From positions 448,001-512,000 of the forward strand of contig CAWCPV010000007.1 of assembly GCA_963797555.1 (NCBI GenBank): a stretch of DNA of 64,000 nucleotides, read 5' to 3'. Below, piece after piece: positions 18,981 to 30,473 of the stretch. The translations under genes were made by a program, and so were the position numbers. The notes under the pieces were generated by a model that was given only the letters and a program-made list of their open reading frames with translations, made no database searches and was not told where the DNA came from. The DNA is from an uncultured Gammaproteobacteria bacterium. Lineage in GTDB: Bacteria > Pseudomonadota > Gammaproteobacteria > CAWCPV01. Position 1 is the stretch's first letter; every line of letters begins with the position of its first letter.

Positions 18981-20497
18981 GGCTCTTTCGGTAATTGTGT
19001 GGATCGTGGTGGTCGAGTAGCATCCGTTCTGAGCAATCGTCTATCACAACATCTTGTGGTTGGGCTTGTGGGGTTGTGGGCGAGAGGCCCGCGAGTGTGG
19101 GCAACCGGGAGGTTGTCCACACGGTCCTTGGGACGCGGGCCGCTCCGCAGGACTCGTCCACAAATCCACAGGCCATCAAGGGGGGAGCGCCATGGAGCCA
19201 ACGCATCTATTCACGACGGCACTGGGTCTCACGGCGCCTTGGGAAGTCACCGGCGTACGCTTTGACCCCGAGGCTGGGCGCATCGACCTCGAGGTGGCCT
19301 TTGCCAAGGGGAGCCGCTTCGCCTGCCCGGCGTGCGGAGTGCCAGGCCAGCCGGTGCATGATACCCGCAAGCGCAGCTGGCAGCACCTGAGCTTCTTCCA
19401 GTATCGAGCATACCTGCACGCGCATCTGCCGCGAGTGCGCTGTGAGAGCTGCGGCAAGACGACTCAGGTAGAGCCGCCGTGGGCGCGCGCACAGAGTGGC
19501 TTCACGGCGCTGATGGAGGCACTGGTGGTGACGCTGTGCCAGGCGATGCCGGTGGCGACCGTCGCCCGGCACCTGGGCGTGGGCGATGAGCGCCTGTGGG
19601 GGGTGCTCGAGCACTACGTGGAGGCGGCCCGCGCCCAGGAGGACCACTCCCCGGTGCGCGCCGTGGGCCTGGACGAGACCGCCGCCCGGCGTGGGCAGCA
19701 CTACATCAGCCTGTTCCATGACCTCACGGGCAAACGCCTGCTGTTCGCCTGCGAGGGCCGCGACCAGAGCACCGTGGCGGCCTTTGCCGCCGACCTCCAG
19801 GCGCACGGGGGCGACCCGCAGGCCATCGAGCAGGTGTGCATCGACCTGTCCGCCGCTTATCTCGCCGGGGTGACCAAGCATCTGCCTAAAGCCACGGTGA
19901 GCTTCGATGCCTTCCATGTCATCCAGCTCGCCAACCAGGCCGTCGATACAGTGCGCCGCGAGGAGGTCAAGACCGAGCCCGCCCTCAGGGGCACCCGCTG
20001 GACCTGGCTCAAAGACGCCCACGACTGGACCTGGGAGCAGCTCACCGACTTCCACTGGCTCTCTCCCGCGCCCGGCTCAAGACCGCCCGTGCCTGGCGCC
20101 TCAAGGAGGCGCTGCGCGATATCTACGCCACGGCCAGCACCCTCGAGCAGGCCGAGAGCGCCCTCGGGCGCTGGTATAGCTGGGCACGGCGTAGCCGCCT
20201 GCAGCCCATGAAACGCCTCGCCACTACCCTGAAAGAGCACTGGGACGGCGTGCTCGCCGCATTCCACTCCGGCCTCACCAACGGCCGCGCCGAGGGCATC
20301 AACTCCCTCATCCAGGCTGCCAAAGCCCGCGCCCGAGGCTACCGCACCACGCGCTCGCTCATCACCATCGCCTACCTCATCGCGGGCAACCTGGCCCACT
20401 TGCCGGCCTTGCCGTTCAACACACGATCTTGTGTCAGACCTCAGGCAGAGGCTGCCGCAGCGTAAGCATATCTACCCACACGATTCCGGTAAGAACC
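18981..20497 (+). mobile_element. ISL3-family insertion sequence with 8-bp target duplication
   Basis: Ends GGCTCTT... and ...AAGAACC. GGAAAAGG direct repeat at 18973-18980 and 20498-20505. Confidence 0.92.
19192..20465 (+). pseudogene. ISL3 transposase, frameshifted near 20065
   Basis: CPACG zinc finger, GLDET, CIDLS, FDAFHVI and TNGRAEGINSLIQ motifs. Confidence 0.88.
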
Positions 20498-20676
20498 GGA
20501 AAAGGGGACAGATTTATTTACGGGAAAAGCGGACGGATTCATTTTGCTGCCCCGTGTCGCGGGCGTCCTGGCGTGCCGTGCTCAATGCGCCAGCCGAGGA
20601 TCGCCTCGACTTCGTGAATGAGCCGGCCGTTGCCGGTCAACTGCCCGCGCTGCAGCGCTTCGCGTATCAGCCTCCG

Positions 20677-20766
20677 ATAATAATAGGGGACGATTATAAT
20701 AATAAGAATAACAGGGGACGATAAGAATAATAACGAGAATAATAGGGGACGGACCCCTATTGTATT
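20677..20766. repeat. AT-rich tract with three AAYAGGGGACG units
   Basis: Units at about 20682, 20710 and 20741 within AAT/AAG runs. A related AAAGGGGACAGATTTATT lies at 20501. Confidence 0.7.
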
Positions 20767-20857
20767 CAGCTAACGCAGGTCAGGCGCGCTGTCAATCTTT
20801 TGCCTGCGCCTGCTTGTTGAAATCTGACGTTCGTTGGATGTTGGCCGGAACTCATAT

Positions 20858-21172
20858 CTATCGAGCTTCTCCTGTGCATGTCGCGCGAAGGTGGCACCTG
20901 GGTGTTCCCCTAAGCACAAATGCTCCAGAGCCCATGGTAACGAGTCCTTGGAAAGGCATACCACCAAGATTCATCCGCAAGTGCGCTTTGCCCTCATCGT
21001 CGTCACCGCGATGCTCGTCTTCATGCTTCCAGAATCGTTTAAACGACGACAACATCAACTTGCCTTTATTCAGGAATTGGTCAACGTATTGGCTTTCCAG
21101 ATACCGCACCGCTGTGGGCAGTTTTACCTGCCAATTCGCGATCTGAATAGGGATAGCAATTGCATTTTGCAT
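20858..21172 (-). pseudogene. Truncated AT-rich hypothetical gene, cassette-like
   Basis: MQNAIAIP...RYLESQYVDQFLNKGKLMLSSF...GDDDEG, decaying at its 3' end. Preceded by a GTTATCC core-like site. Confidence 0.5.
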
Positions 21173-21232
21173 AGTTTGAGACTCCCTGTGATCCGCTTCA
21201 TCCGTCGTGCGACAGCATGATGGATAACATGT

Positions 21233-21830
21233 GTTGAACTGCACCGCTGGATTCAGGCGACCGGCCTATGGGGATTGTATGCGGGCGGTCCGGTGGTCGG
21301 GCGGCTTGGGGTGTGGCTGGTCGGGTGGCTGTGTGGTACCTGGACCGCTCCCCGTGTCTTGGTCTGGCGGGATGTCCCCGCAGAACACTATGGCAAAGGT
21401 CCCTTGGACGGGTCAAGGGCTGGAGAAGACAAAAGGGGACTGTGGCCGGCTTGCGGGGGGAAGGGGTCGATGGGGCTTCGGCGGGTGATCGTCGTCATGA
21501 GAGCGGCGGGGGTCCGATGGCTTTCGGAGTACAAGGTGCAGCCCTGAGCGGCACCACGAGAATAATCCGCTGCAGGTGCCCTTCTGCGAAGCGGGGGCAG
21601 CGCTGGATATCGACCCCTGTCAGGCGCAGCATGGCCGCCTGCACCGGCTCCGGTTCTCGTGGCTTGGCTCTGGCCGGCCGAGCAGGGCCCGGCAAACGCC
21701 CCAGACGCTCGGCGCGGCACCGCTTGGCCAAGAGCCGAGTTGACGGATACGCATGAAGCCGGGTGGGAGCAAATGCAGCAGAAAGCGGCGGGCCTCCCAT
21801 GTGCCTCTCGGTGGTCTGGTCCGCCACCTT
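21233..21830 (-). mobile_element. IS91-family (Y2) transposase C-terminal remnant plus terminus
   Basis: RRFLLHLLPPGFMRIR, (L)LAKRCRAERL and LRLTGVDIQRCP across frames. Element ends ...GCGGTGCAGTTCAAC. Confidence 0.78.
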
Positions 21831-21985
21831 TTCGGCCGCCCTCTGGAGCGCCTTGACCTCTGGCGAAATCTGACGAGCGCGAGACTGGCTATCAAGCCGG
21901 GCGCACGGTTTGCCGGCCCGGCCGGATGCACCCGCCCGTGGACACGGGCCGACGCACCTAATCGTGGGCCGCTGCAGCTAGTGAG

Positions 21986-22133
21986 CGTAGCCCGAAAGTA
22001 GCCTCGATGAAGCGGAGCGAAATCGAGGGGGCCGGAGTACAGTCAAATCGAGGGGAGTGGCATTGGGGTTGGGGAGCGGGGTGGTCTCGTGGCCCTCGAT
22101 CCCCGGATTCCACTTCGTTTCATCCGGGCTACG
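21986..22133. repeat. GTAG-type REP pair (BIME/REPIN-like)
   Basis: GTAGCCTCGATGAAGCGGAGCGAAATCGAGGG ... CCCGGATTCCACTTCGTTTCATCCGGGCTAC, inverted. Confidence 0.75.
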
Positions 22134-22465
22134 AGGTCTGGCGACGGCGGATTGAGGGCGCAAAGAGATAGGGCGCATCGGGAGTCGCCTCCAGGCTGCC
22201 TGGCCCGTTGCACTGTCTCGATGCAGCCACCGGTTGACCCGGCCGCGGCCGGCTGCCCCGAATCGATGGTCGCCTTCCCGTGCAACAGAAGGATCGCGAG
22301 GGTCGCGGCCGTGGGCAATCGGGGCTCCAAGGTAAAGCACTCACCTCGCAAATTCTAGCCTGCGGCAACGGGTTCGGGTCCGCTCGGGACCGAACGGTGG
22401 ATTGATGGTCGCGGGCAAACGAAGGAGCCTCGCACCACGGGCTACGAAGCCTTTACGCGGCGACC

Positions 22466-22631
22466 CCATCTCGTCGAGACGCCCGAGGCCGATCTCGCCC
22501 AGGGGATGCGCCAGCTCAACGGCGTCTACACGCACGCCTTCAACCGAGCCCACTCGCGGGTCCGACCCCGGGTCCGACCCCCGTTCCGTGGGCACCGCCA
22601 AGCCATCCTCGTCGAGCGAGACCGCTACCTC
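22466..22631 (+). pseudogene. RAYT/IS200-like Y1 transposase internal remnant
   Basis: HLVETPEADLAQGMRQLNGVYTHAFNR...AILVERDRYL. Confidence 0.78.
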
Positions 22632-22973
22632 TGGAACGGGCGCGCTACTTCTTCCTCAATCCGCTTCGGGCGGGGAGGGTCCAACTGGCGTGGAGGATTC
22701 TGAAGCCGGCCGAGCACGCGGTTCGAGGCGCGCTACCAACGTGACGAGGCCTTGGGGCGTGCGACCTCGCCGGCCGGCCACCCTGGGCAGCCATCGCCTG
22801 CCACCTGGGGTACACGGGCGATACGGGCGTTTGAGGCTGAAAGAGGTCAGTGAGGTTGCAAGGCTAGACCTAAGCCGAGACTTCGGAGTTCAGAATTTGA
22901 AAATCCCGGCTTCATCGATGCCATTCGGCCAGTGAGGACGAACTCGGATCGATCTTATTGTGGGCCGCCGCCG

Positions 22974-23786
22974 CTAGACCCGATTCCGCATCCGCACTTT
23001 GGGCCACAAAAAACCGGTCGTGCGCATGTAGTGGGCATACGCGGGCACGAGTAGGAGCAACTTGTGTTCTTCCACTTTTGCCCTGACGATTTGCATGATT
23101 GTGGTGATGACAAAGATTCCAAGACCAATGGGGTGGACGGTTAGAATCGCGGTGCCGAGACCTTGGACAATCTCCGCCATGTAGAGTGGGTGGCGGATAT
23201 AGCGGTAAAGGCCCGTGGTGACTAGCTGTCTCACCTCCACCATGAGGCCGAACGACCGCTTGAGGCTCCACAGCGAAACCGTGCTGAGGATTGAGCCTAT
23301 GATGGCGATCATCAATGCGACGGTTTCTATGAGCAGCGGGAAGAGGGGGGGCAAACCAAATAATGAAGCGATCTTTCCCATCTGAAATGGCGGAATGATA
23401 ACGTTGAAGCCAGGTATGAGCAGGATGGAAAACCCCGCCATAGGGAAGAAAATGGTAACCAGCGGATAATATCTCTCCCAGAACCCGCGGGCTTTGCTAA
23501 CGGGGTCGGTTCGGATCAGGTAACCGGCAAATATCAAGGCATCGAATAGAATAGCGACTAGATTGTAACTGATGCGGGCTATTCCGTTGACGATCGTCTG
23601 GGTGATTCGCGGATCAAAATTAAAATGGCGCAGTTGAAATAGATACAGCAGATAAGAGTAGCCGTGTTTGATGAAGAGAAAATCGACCAGAAAGTAAACT
23701 TTCCAACTTAAAAGACCCCCGAAAAACAGAAATGGGATTGGCTCGTGCTTTAATCTCTGCAAGATGAAGATGCTTCCCCGGTTCAT
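22974..23786 (-). CDS. Isoprenylcysteine carboxyl methyltransferase (ICMT/PEMT) family membrane protein
   Basis: LVTTGLYRYIRHPLY and RAKVEEHKL motifs. Multiple TM segments and low GC. Confidence 0.85.
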   Translation of the reverse strand: MNRGSIFILQRLKHEPIPFLFFGGLLSWKVYFLVDFLFIKHGYSYLLYLFQLRHFNFDPRITQTIVNGIARISYNLVAILFDALIFAGYLIRTDPVSKARGFWERYYPLVTIFFPMAGFSILLIPGFNVIIPPFQMGKIASLFGLPPLFPLLIETVALMIAIIGSILSTVSLWSLKRSFGLMVEVRQLVTTGLYRYIRHPLYMAEIVQGLGTAILTVHPIGLGIFVITTIMQIVRAKVEEHKLLLLVPAYAHYMRTTGFLWPKVRMRNRV

Positions 23787-24659
23787 TCCTGGAAACCTCC
23801 CCGAAACTCTCCCAGAGCACCCGCTGACCTGTTGGACCCGCGCCCAACCTGTACGCTCGAGGACGCCCCGATTACCATGGCGCGAACGGCTTGCGCGACC
23901 AGTTCGGGTCGGTCTAGCTGCAAGTAATGACCCGCACCCGAAACACGTTCGACGCGCGAGGCGCCCGTGAGCCGCAGCCAGTCCTTTTCCAGCGCACGAG
24001 CCATCCTCTCGATCGCGCCCTGTTCGGTGCGATCAAAGAAATCAAACCTTGTACGTACGAGAATTCGCACCGGACAATGCAACGGCCTGACCAGATTCAG
24101 TCGATCGAGGCAGGTCGCTTGATCATGGAACTCGCGTGGCATGACGCGGCTGAAGGTCCAGCGCATCCTCGCAAGAATAGCCGCAGTGGTCTTGGCTTGC
24201 TTCTGCATCTGCTCCCAGAGCCTTGGGTGAGTCGGATCAAGTAGCACGAGCCCAGCCACCTCTTGGGGATACAGCTTCGCATAGACAAACTGATAAAGCC
24301 CGCCAAGCGAGTGCCCGACCAAGACGTAGGGGGGATGAAGCCCTACCGCCCGCAACAACGCCCTTTGCTCGGAAGCGATGGTGCAGGGATCACGCGGTCC
24401 CGAAGATGCCGCGCTGCCGCCGTAGCCGGGCCGGTCGAATGCGATGACGGTGGTGGTCCGGGCGATCCGGGCATACACCGGTCCCCAGAACGTCCTTGCC
24501 GTCGCCGAGTCCAGATTGCAGAACAACCGCCGGCGACCCGCTGCCCGCGAGCGAATACGCCAAACAACCCGCTGCTGTGGGAGCAGTACCGGAGGTCGTC
24601 AATGACGGCCACGCAGCGAGGCAAACAGCAACTACGGCTAATAAGTGCTTGAAAGGCAT
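23783..24659 (-). pseudogene. Secreted alpha/beta hydrolase, frameshifted near 24495
   Basis: Signal peptide; PAVVLQSGLGDG | FDRPGYG, VGHSLGG, LLDPTH, AGHYLQ. Confidence 0.8.
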
Positions 24660-25050
24660 GGGTCCCATGCGGCCGGTCGAGTGCTGGTCAGGTATGGATA
24701 ACGTTTCCGCTTGCCGCCCGTTCCACCACCCACGCGATGAGGTCATCGCGCAAGGGCGACGGGATGCGCTTTGCGGACTTGCCGGCGTTTGCCCGGTCCG
24801 CCAAGCCCTGCTCGACCGGCACCTATCAACCTCGGGGCGCGGCGCAGCAGCGGACGCAAACCAGCGGGCCACCGTACTGCTCGACGAGCTTCTTGGTGCG
24901 GTTCCTTCCTGCGTCTGGCCGAAGCCGGGTCCGCACGGCGTCGCCTTCATCGTCTAGCCCTTGGTCCTTGCGGTCAGCAGTGTCGGTAATTGTAGTGCAC
25001 CCAGGGCCGGTTGCCGCCCCCCCACGGACCGATCGGGGGTCGGCGCTTCA

Positions 25051-25110
25051 CGGAGGTTCCTGTCGAAGTTCTCCCCCCCTGAAATTGCGGATCGATGCGC
25101 CGGTAATCGT
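25051..25110. repeat. Degenerate copy (about 60 bp) of an internal AKR segment (27340-27397)
   Basis: CGGAGGTTCCTGTCGAAGTTCTCCC...GCGGATCGATGCGCCGGTAATCGT is present at both sites. Confidence 0.85.
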
Positions 25111-25349
25111 GGAGCCGCATCCGTGACGGTCGGACGCCTTGTGCGCGCGAGCCTGTGCACCGCAGAGTCCCGCGCGTAGGTTGGACGCGTCGGCGAGCGC
25201 GTGCTTCAATGATCAAATGGATCTTTCCATGCGCACGCTGCCGAATGTTGGCGCTGCGCCGCGCCGCCCGGAGCCACGGATGCTTGAGCATACCTACCTG
25301 GTGATCGTCCCGGCCTCTTTCCTCCTGGGGTCTTGAGAGTCCATGTCGA

Positions 25350-26727
25350 ATGGGTCCGAGGCCCGGCAAGTTCGCCACCATCTTCGACGACATCACGGAG
25401 CGCAAGCGCGTCGAGGACGAGATACAGTCGCTGGCATACCTGGACACGCTGACGCGGCTTACCCAACCGCACCCTGCTGCAGGACCGGCTGACGGAAGCC
25501 CTGGTCCGCGCAGAGCGCGAGGCGCGACTGGTCGGTGTACTGTTTTTCGAGCTGGATCGCTTCAAGCCGATCAATGACACCCTCGGGCACACCGTGGGGG
25601 ACCTCCTGCTGAAATCGGTCGCCGGCCGGCTCAGCGAGTGCGTCCGCAAGAGCGACACGGTGGCGCGCCTCGGCGGAGACGAATTCGTGGTGGTCCTGCC
25701 GAGCGTGCAGCGCGAGCTGGACACCACCCTGGTCGCTCGCGAGATCCTGGAGCGGCTCACGCAGCCCTTCGAGATCGAGGGCCGCGAAATCTATACCAGC
25801 GGCAGCATCGGGATTGCAGTCTACCCGCTCGACGGGCCGGACGCGGGCACCCTGCTCAGGAACGCCGACATGGCCATGTACGTGGCCAAGGAATCGGGGC
25901 CGCAACACCTACCAGTTCTACTCCGACGAGATGAACCGGCGTGCCCTGGAACGTCTGGATCTGGAGACCAGCCTGCGACGCGCCCTGAAGCGCCAGGAGT
26001 TCTCCGTCCAGTATCAGCCTCAGGTGGACCTCGCCCGGGGCAGGATCACGGGGGTCGAAACCCTGCTGCGCTGGCGTCACCCGGAGCAGGGGCTTATACC
26101 GCCCGGCCGGTTCATCCCGGTCGCGGAGGAGACGGGCCTGATCCTCGCGGTGGGCGAGTGGGTGCTGCGCGCCGCCTGCCTGCAGGGCAGGGCCTGGCAG
26201 GATGCAGGGCTGCCCCCTCTGCGCATGGCGGTGAATCTTTCCTGCCGGCAGTTCAAGCAGCCCGGCTTCGTGGACTTGGTGCAGCGGATACTGGACGAGA
26301 CCGGCATGCCGCCGGAGCTCGTGGAACTCGAACTCACCGAGAGCATGATCATGGAGGACGCCGACGAGACTGTGAAGCGATTGAGGGCGCTCAAGAACAT
26401 GGGCGTGCACTTGGCGATCGACGACTTCGGCACCGGTTACTCCTCCTTGAGCTACCTCAAAAACTTCCCCATCGACCGCATCAAGATCGCCCAGACCTTC
26501 GTGCGCGACCTCTCCACCGACCCCGGCGATGCGGCCATCGTGGAGACCGTGCTGGCGATGGCGCGCAGCCTCAACCTGCAGGGACGGAGGAGCAGTTCGC
26601 GTTCCTGATGTCGCGCCAGTGCAACGAGATGCAGGGCTACTACTTCGCCGTCCCGCTTTGGCCGCAGGACATGGAGCGCCTGTTGCGGGAGGGGTCGGTG
26701 CCGCTGCGCGAGAGGGCGAATTCCTGA
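25350..26727 (+). pseudogene. 5'-truncated PAS-GGDEF-EAL protein with frameshifts and an internal deletion
   Basis: DITERK, VARLGGDEF, YQPQVD..GVETLLRW and AIDDFGTGYSS are present. The VxAEGVE motif is missing near 26580. Confidence 0.85.
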
Positions 26728-27077
26728 CCCCGAGCAAAGCCTGGCCATCCGCAGAGGGGCGAGCGGCCGCGGTTGCCGCCCCACCCACAGCCTGGCGAGG
26801 GGATGGCGAGAGGGGAAATCGATGGGATTCAGACGCCTCGGTCCCCGCCTCTTCGCGCTGGCCGCCGCTAACATGGTCCCGGATCGCTTCTGCGACGTTT
26901 TTGGCTATCGTGGTTACCGGGCTCCGCGTGTCACGCGTTGGCCCACAGGGTTCATCGCTTGAGTCGATGTCACGCAGCGCGTAACCACCACGCCCTGCAA
27001 CACTCGGAGCCCTCCGTGTGTGCCCCCCATGCCTCGACGCTCTGAGGCGAAGCCTCGTTAGGTTTATTGACAAGCTC

Positions 27078-28064
27078 TCAGCGATCGATGGTCCTCATCA
27101 ACGCCTCGGTATACCGCGGACCGGAGGCCGCGCCGACCGGTACGGCTTCCTCCAGCCGCGCCAGATCCTCGGCGCTCAGAGCGAGGCTGGCTGCTCCGGC
27201 GTTCTCTTCCAGGTACTCGACGTGCTTGGTGCCCGGAATCGGCACGATGTCCTTGCCCTGATGCAGCAGCCACGCGAGGGCTACCTGGCCGGGTGTAGCG
27301 TGCTTCTCCCCGGCGATCTCTTTCACGCGTTCGACCAATCGGAGGTTCCTGTCGAAGTTCTCCCGCTGGAATCGCGGATCGATGCGCCGGTAATCGTCTT
27401 CTGCCAGGTCATCGAAACGCTTGACCTGACCGCTGAGAAACCCGCGCCCGAGCGGGCTGTAGGGCACGAAACCGATGCCCAGCGCACGCACCGTCGGCAG
27501 CACCTGCGCTTCCGGGCCGCGCTCCCACAGCGAGTACTCGCTCTGGAGGGCGCTGAGGGGATGCACCGCGTGGGCGCGGCGGATGGTGCGGGGCGAGACC
27601 TCCGAGAGGCCCAGGTAACGCACTTTGCCCTGGGCGACCAGCTCCGCCATTGCCCCGACCGTGTCCTCGATGGGCACGGCGGGATCGAGCCGGTGCTGAT
27701 AGAGCAGGTCGATATGATCGATGCCCAGACGCTTGAGGGAGCCCTCACATGCCCGGCGGACGTTGTCCGGGCGGCTGTCGAGACCGCGCCGTTCTCCGCT
27801 CTCCGCGATATCGAAGCCGAACTTGGTGGCTATGACGTATCGCTCGCGCCGGCCCGCGATGGCGCGGCCGATCAGCTCCTCGTTCGTCCACGGTCCGTAG
27901 ATCTCTGCGGTGTCGAGGAAGTTGATCCCGAGATCCAGGGCGCGGTGGATGACACGCATGGACTCGGCATCATTCGGGGTGCCGTACGCCCAGCTCATCC
28001 CCATGCACCCCAGCCCTAAAGCCGAGACTTCCAACCCCTGAGTTCCTAGCCGGCGTTTATCCAC
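27078..28064 (-). CDS. Aldo/keto reductase
   Basis: [33 protein letters not shown] motifs. GGAGG RBS. Confidence 0.95.
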   Translation of the reverse strand: MDKRRLGTQGLEVSALGLGCMGMSWAYGTPNDAESMRVIHRALDLGINFLDTAEIYGPWTNEELIGRAIAGRRERYVIATKFGFDIAESGERRGLDSRPDNVRRACEGSLKRLGIDHIDLLYQHRLDPAVPIEDTVGAMAELVAQGKVRYLGLSEVSPRTIRRAHAVHPLSALQSEYSLWERGPEAQVLPTVRALGIGFVPYSPLGRGFLSGQVKRFDDLAEDDYRRIDPRFQRENFDRNLRLVERVKEIAGEKHATPGQVALAWLLHQGKDIVPIPGTKHVEYLEENAGAASLALSAEDLARLEEAVPVGAASGPRYTEALMRTIDR

Positions 28065-28557
28065 GTTACCTCCGTCGATTCAGCCCACACAGTGTCGCCC
28101 CAACGGCCCGGTGCGCTCGCGCTCGCGCCGGCCCCGCTCCTGTCGCCAGCACCGAAGGCCGATAAGCGGCAGGCCCGGCTGCAACGCTCGAGCCTTACGG
28201 CCAGTCCAAGGCCGTCCACAGAATCCCTGGCAAGGGACAGGACCTCGTAAGCTCGGGCTGGCTCTCACACCGGGCTCGGACGGGTAGATAGTCATTATGC
28301 ATGATGGGGCGCCGCCGTGGGCGGGCAGCCGGCGCCGGTTCCCTCGCGGCGGCCAACGCGCTGAACAGATCCCAGAAACCCTCGTCTTCGTTCAGCACTC
28401 GCAGCTGCGGCCGCCGACACGTACGCCCGGACGGCTCAGCTCGGCTGACGGCCTCGTGTCCGAGATCTCGCCAGCCAGCGGTCCCGCCCGCTGCGGCGGC
28501 GCACCCGGCGGCTCGGGATTCTGGATATGATCGGCCCGTCACGACTCGGCGACCGAC

Positions 28558-28730
28558 ATGAACATCGCTCAACTGGGAGTTTCGCAGGCGCTGGCGAGCT
28601 TGAGATCGAAGGCGGACGGGCTGGGCCGCGCAGAGGCCGAGCGGCGGCTACGCGAACATGGCCCGAATCGCGTCGAAGAGGTCAGGTGCAGGAGCTTGGT
28701 GAGCGCTCTGTTCAAGGAATTCACGCATTT
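28558..28730 (+). pseudogene. N-terminal stub of a cation-transporting P-type ATPase
   Basis: GLGRAEAERRLREHGPN...FKEFTH (Cation_ATPase_N-like), then no further homology. Confidence 0.7.
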
Positions 28731-28833
28731 ACGGCTATACCATAGGCTGCGCCGCGCGAGCGCCAAGAAGCTGTCGCGCGGCCGCCGGAGTTCTGCCAGC
28801 ATAGCCGGGGAATCGACCGGCAGGTGAGGGTGC

Positions 28834-30181
28834 ATGGAAAACGTCCCGTCGACTCTCACACCGAGTCCTTCGCGCAAAGGCCAACGGACTCCCGCGCACC
28901 GCGTGCCGCCCATGCTGCGTGCTCTGCGCCACCGCAACTTTCGACTGTTCTTCGGCGGACAGCTCGCGTCCCTAGTCGGCACATGGATGCAGACCGTGGC
29001 GCAATCCTGGCTGGTCTATCGCCTGACCGACTCGGCGCTATTGCTGGGCGTGGTCGGGTTCGCGAGCCAGATCCCGGTGTTCGTCCTCGCACCCTTCGGC
29101 GGTGCCGTGGCCGACCGGTACAGTCGCCACCGGGTGGTGGTTCTCGCCCAGACTTCGATGATGGCGTTGGCGCTCATCCTGGCGGGCCTCACGCTGACGG
29201 GGCTGGTGGAGGTGTGGCAGGTCATCGTACTCGCGCTGCTGTTCGGCGCTGCCAATGCCTTCGACATTCCTGCCCGCCAGGCATTCATCGTGGAGATTGT
29301 CGGGAAGAAGGACCTGTTGAACGCCATCGCCCTCAACTCCTCGATGTTCAATGGCGCGCGTGTCGTCGGCCCTGCCGTGGCCGGGGTTCTCGTGGCCCGA
29401 TTCGGTGAAGGCTGGTGCTTCTTCGCAAATGGCGTGAGCTACCTGGCAGTGATCGGCGGGCTGCTGTTGATGAGCCTCGATCGGCGGCACCGGCAGGACG
29501 TTCGACGGCACCGCGCTGGAGCGCGTGATCGAAGGCTTCCGCTATGCGCGGCACACCGCGCCGGTACGAGCCATTCTGCTCCTCGTGGCGCTGGTGAGCA
29601 TCGTCGGAATGCCTTACACGGTTCTCATGCCGGTCTTTGCCGATCGTATCCTGCACTCCGGCGCACGAGGACTCGGCATACTCATGGGGGCGACTGGATT
29701 GGGAGCGCTGCTCGGGGCGCTGACGCTCGCTGCGCGCTCCGGCGTGCAAGGATTGGGACGCCTCATCGCCATGGCGTGCGCAGGCTTCGGGATAAGCCTG
29801 ATGCTGTTCTCGCTGTCGCGCTCCTTCTGGCCTGCGGCGGCCTTCCTGGTGCCTGCCGGGTTCTCCATGATCCTGCAGATGGCAAGCTCCAACACCCTCC
29901 TTCAGGCCATGGTGCCCGACCACTTGCGGGGGCGCGTGATGGCCCTTTACTCGATGAGCTTCATGGGGATGGCGCCGTTCGGCGCGCTCCTGTCGGGGGC
30001 AGTTGCACACGGCTTCGGCGCTCCGCTCACGGTTGGTCTGGGAGCGGGGGTGTGTGTGATCGGCGCGGGCCTGTTCGCCCTGAGACTCCCCAGCCTGCGT
30101 GGCGAAGCGCGCCAGCTCATCATCGCCCAGGGGATGCTCGGAGGAGAGCCCCCGGAGGAGATGACGGCGCGTGGTCTGTAG
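28834..30181 (+). CDS. MFS transporter (MFS_3/DHA3-like), one frameshift near 29515
   Basis: RALRHRNFRLFF, GTWMQTVAQSW, NAIALNS, LRGRVMA. Two halves in different frames. Confidence 0.85.
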
Positions 30182-30473
30182 CGAATCCTTTGGGCGCAAG
30201 CGGTCCGGCGGGAGACTGCACGTCGCGCATTCTCGCGGCCTGCGGCGAGCCTTACCTGTGCACACTGTGCGATCCGGGGTCCACTTTGGTCATGGCGAGT
30301 GGGGCTTGCGTGTTGTGGTATTGTGCCCCTTAAACGTACCTGCGGAGGCCATCGCCGGGTTACGCCGGCGCGCAAGTCGCGCGGCGGGCGCTCGTGCTTC
30401 TCTACACTCGGCGTTGACACAGACCCGCAGTGCTCTATAGGTGAGACCGTTGGGAGAAGGAGGAGCACGGCAT

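Noticed and set aside
20677-20766. CRISPR mini-array
   Set aside because: The repeats are only about 11 nt, the spacers are low-complexity AAT runs, and there are no cas genes.
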